Shown: positions 34,323 to 39,178 of the stretch, in pieces
Layout: each line of letters starts with the position of its first letter
How positions within the stretch are numbered: the stretch's first letter is position 1
Assembly (NCBI RefSeq): GCF_000315625.1
Contig: NW_005434671.1
Span: 776,878-816,055 of the forward strand
Origin: Guillardia theta CCMP2712
Lineage: Eukaryota > Protista > Cryptophyta
Reading direction: 5' to 3'
DNA: 39,178 nt
Program-made: the position numbers and the translations under genes
Notes under the pieces: model-generated
Databases searched by the model: none
The model's input: the letters and a program-made list of their open reading frames with translations, nothing else
What the model was told of the DNA's origin: nothing

Positions 34323-35449
34323 GGATGCTAGCCTGGGATCCTACGAATTCCTGCAATCAGTGTGAGTACATACCCAAACGTGATCTCGAACTGCAAATTC
34401 ACTTGATCATCCACCAATCTACACTCTATCTAGGACTTCACGCGCTGAATCAATCTATCAGCATTCAGATTCAATGCATTCTGATGGAAAGTTTGACAAC
34501 TTGGCTGTCAAAACACAATTGAAATTGTCTAACTGTTTGCAAATCGTTCCAAGCTAATTTACGATCTGAAATCCTCGCAACGCTTGCGCGGATCATGGAA
34601 CAGGACAGTCAAGATTCGACTGATCCTGAAAGTTCGGGAATTCCTAAGAATTTCTAGCACAAACCATTATACTGTCCACAGTTTCATCAATGATCTTGTC
34701 ATCATATGGTCTTACAACTGTGTTGTCAACACCAACTCCTCTCAGTTGATCCAACATGTCGGAATCGCGCGTTCTTTCTGTCTCACATCATCACATCTCA
34801 ACCTTGCAAGGGAATAAGAGTCTGTAAGCGCATTGCCCTCAGTCCTCAAACGCTCCTGCTCTCTGCTCCCAGCTCTTTCAGCGCCCTTCATCCTACTTCG
34901 AAGCCATGAGTGGCGGCGGACTGCGAAGGAACCCCTACCCAGGGGTCCCCAGAGTGAAATGAGGGGTGGGATGACCAGAGATGTATGGGGTGGTAGGGGT
35001 GGTGGGTAGTATTGAGAGGAGCCGTAGGGGTTCCAAGGGTACAGTCATAAATCCTGAAAACGAAAGTTAAAATGGAGGATCTTGTGAAAATGCAGGAAAT
35101 TACTGTTGAATATTTGAAATTTTTCCAAGAATGTTTGAGTATTCGAGGGAAGATTCCATCGGCTTGCCAAGGCTGCACCTCATCGCTGGTCAACAAGAGT
35201 AGAGATGGGCTGCGGGTGGGGGGGGGTGGTACAAAGTTGAGGAGGGAGGGGCAAAGGAGTGTTGCTGCGAGGGGTGGAGGGTACGACCGAAAGTAGAATG
35301 GAGGGGTAGTGGTAGTGGAAGGGGGGGTGAAAAGGAGCTTGGAAGTACTTGCCAGAGCGTATCAGGGTGGGTCCTTCTGAGAGGAGTGACGGTTACGGGT
35401 GTAGTAGGGGAGGAAGGGAGAAGGAGGGGTCATCATTCGATTAGAAGGG

Positions 35450-36200
35450 GGTGAGGGGGGCAGAACTCCGACGTCCGGTAGCAACCAGAAGGTTGCCACG
35501 ACGGGGGGGTCCTCGGTGAGTCACCGCAGGCCGACGTAATGAGACCGGGGGTACTACCGGTTGTACTCCGGCCCCCCCGGGGCAACTGCCAAAGTCGACC
35601 GTCTGAACTTCAGCCCTGTCACGGGTCCTCAGCAGACGGTCCGTTCTAGTCCCCCTCTGGCAACCTCCTTCGCCTTCAGTGACCGGGTGGACCCTCCGGC
35701 CGAGTGATTGGCCACGGATCGGACCGTGCACGGTGCCGGGCCCAGTGTAACCTTCCAAAGAGTTGAACAGACCGTACACTGCGGACTGAAAAACTTTACT
35801 CAAAGTTAAGTTAAAAATAAATTTTATATACGGGCGGCCCGGGGGTCAAGTCACCGAGTGTACGGTCGGAATTTACTAAGTCAAGTTACTTCAACCGCTC
35901 CGAGATCAGCCCCGGTGACTCCGTACTCAGGGCCGTACTGAGAGTCGGACACGGGCCCGGCCGGCGGCGGCGGGCGGCCCGGCCCGATCGGACCGGCCCC
36001 GCCGGTAGTGGACCGGGTTCCGAACGTCAATGATAGCCCGGGGACTGGGAACAGCCTCCGGCCCGCTCAGCGGCTGCTGACATATCCCGAAGTTCCTACT
36101 CCGAGCGGCCCACGTGACGAGGCCCGGCGGCCGCGCGGTCCGAGTCCGACTCCGGGTCCGATCGAGTCGGTAAGGCTCGGCCCGGACTATATCCTGTGAC
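35450..36200. promoter_or_regulatory. Large non-coding CCGG/GGCC/GTAC/GACT palindrome-rich island between divergent genes
   Basis: Dense short palindromes (CGGTGA-G-TCACCG, ACCGTGCACGGT, GGCCCGGCCGG), AT-rich core at ~35790-35830, G-rich left flank; no credible ORF. Confidence 0.45.
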
Positions 36201-36588
36201 ACTCAATGTTTCTACCTTGACCCTTTTAGGTCACTCACCCCCCTGATATTTCACCCCTTGTATTCCCCTCGGAACACAGGGATATAGCTGGTAGGGGTGG
36301 TGCTCCACGGGGGTCGGGTATATATTTAGTCTCAGCCCTTAGAGGGGCATTTACAGGGAGGGTGCGGACAGCCAGTATGCGTACGCGGGCTCCGGAGAAT
36401 GACGAGGTATGAGGAGGAGGAGAGGACAAGGAGAGGAGGAGAAGATAGGAGAAAAGGAATAAGGGGAAAAGAAAGAACTGAGGGGAGAGAAGAGTTCAGA
36501 TGTTGGGAATCAGCAGGAAAGTTGAGGAGGAAGAGCAGTAAAATTGCAGCTAGCAGCCGAGCCGAGCAGACACGAACAGTACAGTGCG

Positions 36589-39178
36589 ATGAAGAGGATA
36601 TGTCGTTTCAAAGTTAGAGAAGAAGATGGAATGAGAACTTTAGTGCAGAACGAGCTGACAAAAGGAATGGAAACTGCGATGAGGTTGAAAGAGCTGAAAA
36701 ACGAACGGAAGCATCGGTTCAGGAAGTCGTAAAATGCTTGTGAATTCTGCCAGTATGTTGTTGGAGGTGAAGAGATGGACATCGAGAAAAAGGAGCTGCA
36801 GCAATGCTAATGATGTCGGATGCCCTGGTTGCAGGACTACAATGACGGCGGAGCATATCCTGAATTTCATGTCGACCAATATCCTTATGGCATCGGTCGT
36901 CCGATGCCCCTGGTAAACATGGGCAGCACGGTGGGCGGCTATGAGATCACTGGATGTTTTTTCAGGTTCCTCTCACCTTCATCTGTGGGTTTCTTGGCTC
37001 GGGCAAGACAACCATGCTAAAGCATGTGGTAATGTTCGAAAACCTGTGCCCATGATCAGCTCTGTGATGGTTGTCTGTGCTATCAGCTCGAAAACCAGGA
37101 GGGAAAGCGTGTGGGAGTTATTGTGAACGACGTGGCGGAAGTCAACATCGATGCCAAGCTGATTTCGAAGAAGCAAATGAGTGATGAGGACGAGACCTAC
37201 TCCGACACGGTCGAGCTTGAGAACGGCTGCGCGTGCTGTACGGCAGGGGGAGGTGTGTCTTGGCAGAAGCTAAAGGATGGGGATTGAATGTCTCTTCAGA
37301 TCTGATGGACAGCATCCTGAAACTCATAAGGTTGTCGATTCGTCGTGAGATCAGGTCTGTTCCTGCATCTCTCTATATTCCTCCTTTGCGATCTCCTGCC
37401 TTGGCTCCTTTTGGCCCCCCTATGCTGAATTCTGGTCGTCAGCTACGACAGGATTGTCGTTGAGATGAGTGGAGTTTCTGAACCCAAGAATCTGAGAGAG
37501 GAGTTCTTAGAAGCACAAGATGCGCACCAGGTCAGTTAGAGCCTCCTCCTCCTCCCCTCTCAGACCCAGCTTCTACTTCAGCTTGGCCAAAGTTCATCCT
37601 TGTTGTCATTGATGCCACTGTCTTTCTCCTGATTCCCTGGCTCCTGCTACTGTCCCATCTTTGTTGCTGATGCTGGTTGTGGTACAGGTGTTCAAGTACG
37701 TCGAGCTGCAGACGATGCTGACAGTCGTCGACGCCTCTCACTTCCTTGAGCTTTACATCTCCAAGGAGGTGCTCGACGATGCCTCAGGCACGGCCGCTGA
37801 TCCTGTTCCACCAGGATATCCAGCAGAGGCCCGAGCTTGTGATGAAGAACGACCCCAGTGGAGAACAGCACATCGACAGCACGAGGAGGATTGTGGACCT
37901 GCTGGTTGAGATGGTGCGTGACCTGCAACGGCCTTGACCCGTCGACCTGATGTTCGCTGCGTCCTCTTCCCTCCTGCCTCTCCCGTCTCTGGCAGATCGA
38001 GTGCGCGGACTTCCTGATCCTGAACAAGTGCGACCGAGTCTCGTCGAGCCGCATGGAGAATGTGAAGAGCGCCGTGAGGAGGAGAGGAGGCTAAGTTGGT
38101 GAACCCTGCTGCAGCTGTCGGAGATCGTCTCCAACTTCAACCCGACCGCCTCCGTCGTCACCTGCTCGTGGGGCAAGGTGAGTTCGGAAGCAACCATGTA
38201 GGATGTGACAGGATTCGCCATGGCAGGTCCCTTTAGATGTCGTGCTGGGCGCGCCCAAGGGGAAGGGAGTCTGCAAGGTTGACGACGAAGATGACATCCG
38301 AAGAGCCGTGAAGGCAGCGAGACAAGCACAAGGCTCAAGGAAGCAGCAGACGTGAGGCGAAGGAGGAGGTGGTGGCGGTGGTGGCGGTGGTGGTAGTTGG
38401 AGGCAGGACGAGGAACTTGCGGTTGTTGTTGTGGAGGAGGAGGAAGAGGAGCAGGATGAAGATGAGGTGGTGTTTGAAGGGGATGACCACAAAGGCAGCA
38501 AAAGAGCAAGGGAGGACACGTCTGCTGAGACTTTCCCATCTCCCTTCGGACATGTCTCCTTCAATCAAAGTGATCAGATTGCGTTCTTTGCTCAATCCAG
38601 ATACTGACGCTGTCCGCTCTCGCTCTCCTCCTCTCCTCCTCCATTCCTTCCCTCCCCCCCGCTCCCATTTTCTCTTTAACCCATCTTCCTTCTTTGCCTC
38701 CTGCCTTCGTCCATCTTCGACTGAGCAGAGGGTCCAGAGGCTGCCCCTTCTCAGGTTGAGCAAGGAGCTGCGCAGGACCCGAATTTCTCGGGAAAGCTAA
38801 AACCTCGACAACAGACGAGGTAGGAATATGAAGTCACGCTGTCTCGCTCGAGCTCGTTTCTCCCTCCTCTTTTCCTCTCCCCCCTCCCCTCCTCCTCTAG
38901 TTCCTCGCACCCATTCCCTCCCTCTCCTCCTTGCTCATTGTCCTGCCCTGCCAGTGTGGCGAAGCGTTTCGGAATCTCCACGTTTGTGTACTCTCGTCGT
39001 CGACCATTCCATCCGCAGCGGCTCATGGAGCTGATCAAGCTGCTGCCCGTCAAGGTTCCTCCCTCCTCTCGCGCCTCCCCTACCGACTTTTCACGCAGGT
39101 TGACTCCGAAGGCAACGTCGTCGACAACTGGAAGCTGACCGGTTAGTCCCGATTCCCACCGCCTCCTCCTCATGGGGG
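36589..39178 (+). CDS. cobW: COG0523/CobW-family (G3E) P-loop GTPase, putative zinc/cobalt metallochaperone (multi-exon; runs off right edge)
   Basis: VPLTFICGFLGSGKTTMLKHV/LEN..VGVIVNDVAEVNIDA..VELENGCACCT (GCxCC), YDRIVVEMSGVSEP, TVVDAS, IECADFLILNKCD, FNPTA, CobW_C-type FGISTFVYSRRRPFHPQRL. Start codon uncertain (36589 or 36820). Confidence 0.92.

Noticed and set aside
34400-35200. Possible small gene upstream of the PDZ gene
   Set aside because: Only short ORFs without motifs or consistent splice structure; may be UTR or intron.
35440-36262. MITE with terminal inverted repeats
   Set aside because: Only short low-complexity GGGGTGA/TCACCCC matches; no convincing TIR, target-site duplication or second copy in the window.

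Overview
Gene-dense, GC-rich eukaryotic nuclear DNA with many short GT-AG introns (mostly about 40-70 bp, often with a CTGAC/CTAAC-like branch site), microsatellite-filled introns and one 100-N assembly gap. The style, together with a bipartite plastid-targeting leader, suggests an alga with a secondary plastid, most likely a cryptophyte such as Guillardia (inference). I spliced the genes by eye, so exon boundaries are approximate. About 13 protein-coding loci are present: an ankyrin plus tandem CbbX/SpoVK-type AAA+ protein, an intronless orphan, a secreted Cys-rich (GCC2/GCC3-like) protein, a secreted laminin-IV-domain protein with phage-structural-protein-like repeats, a hypothetical protein, a NudC-type NADH pyrophosphatase, Vps45, a PAN-like/sulfotransferase/tandem GT23 fucosyltransferase fusion, a multi-exon hypothetical protein across the gap, dynein light chain roadblock, an IQ-motif polycystin (TRPP)-like channel, a PDZ protein and a CobW/COG0523 GTPase. 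I saw no rRNA, tRNA, CRISPR array or transposase. The most interesting items are the laminin-IV/phage-repeat chimera, the sulfotransferase-fucosyltransferase fusion, the IQ-polycystin, and recurring palindrome-rich CCGG/GGCC/GTAC islands upstream of genes.
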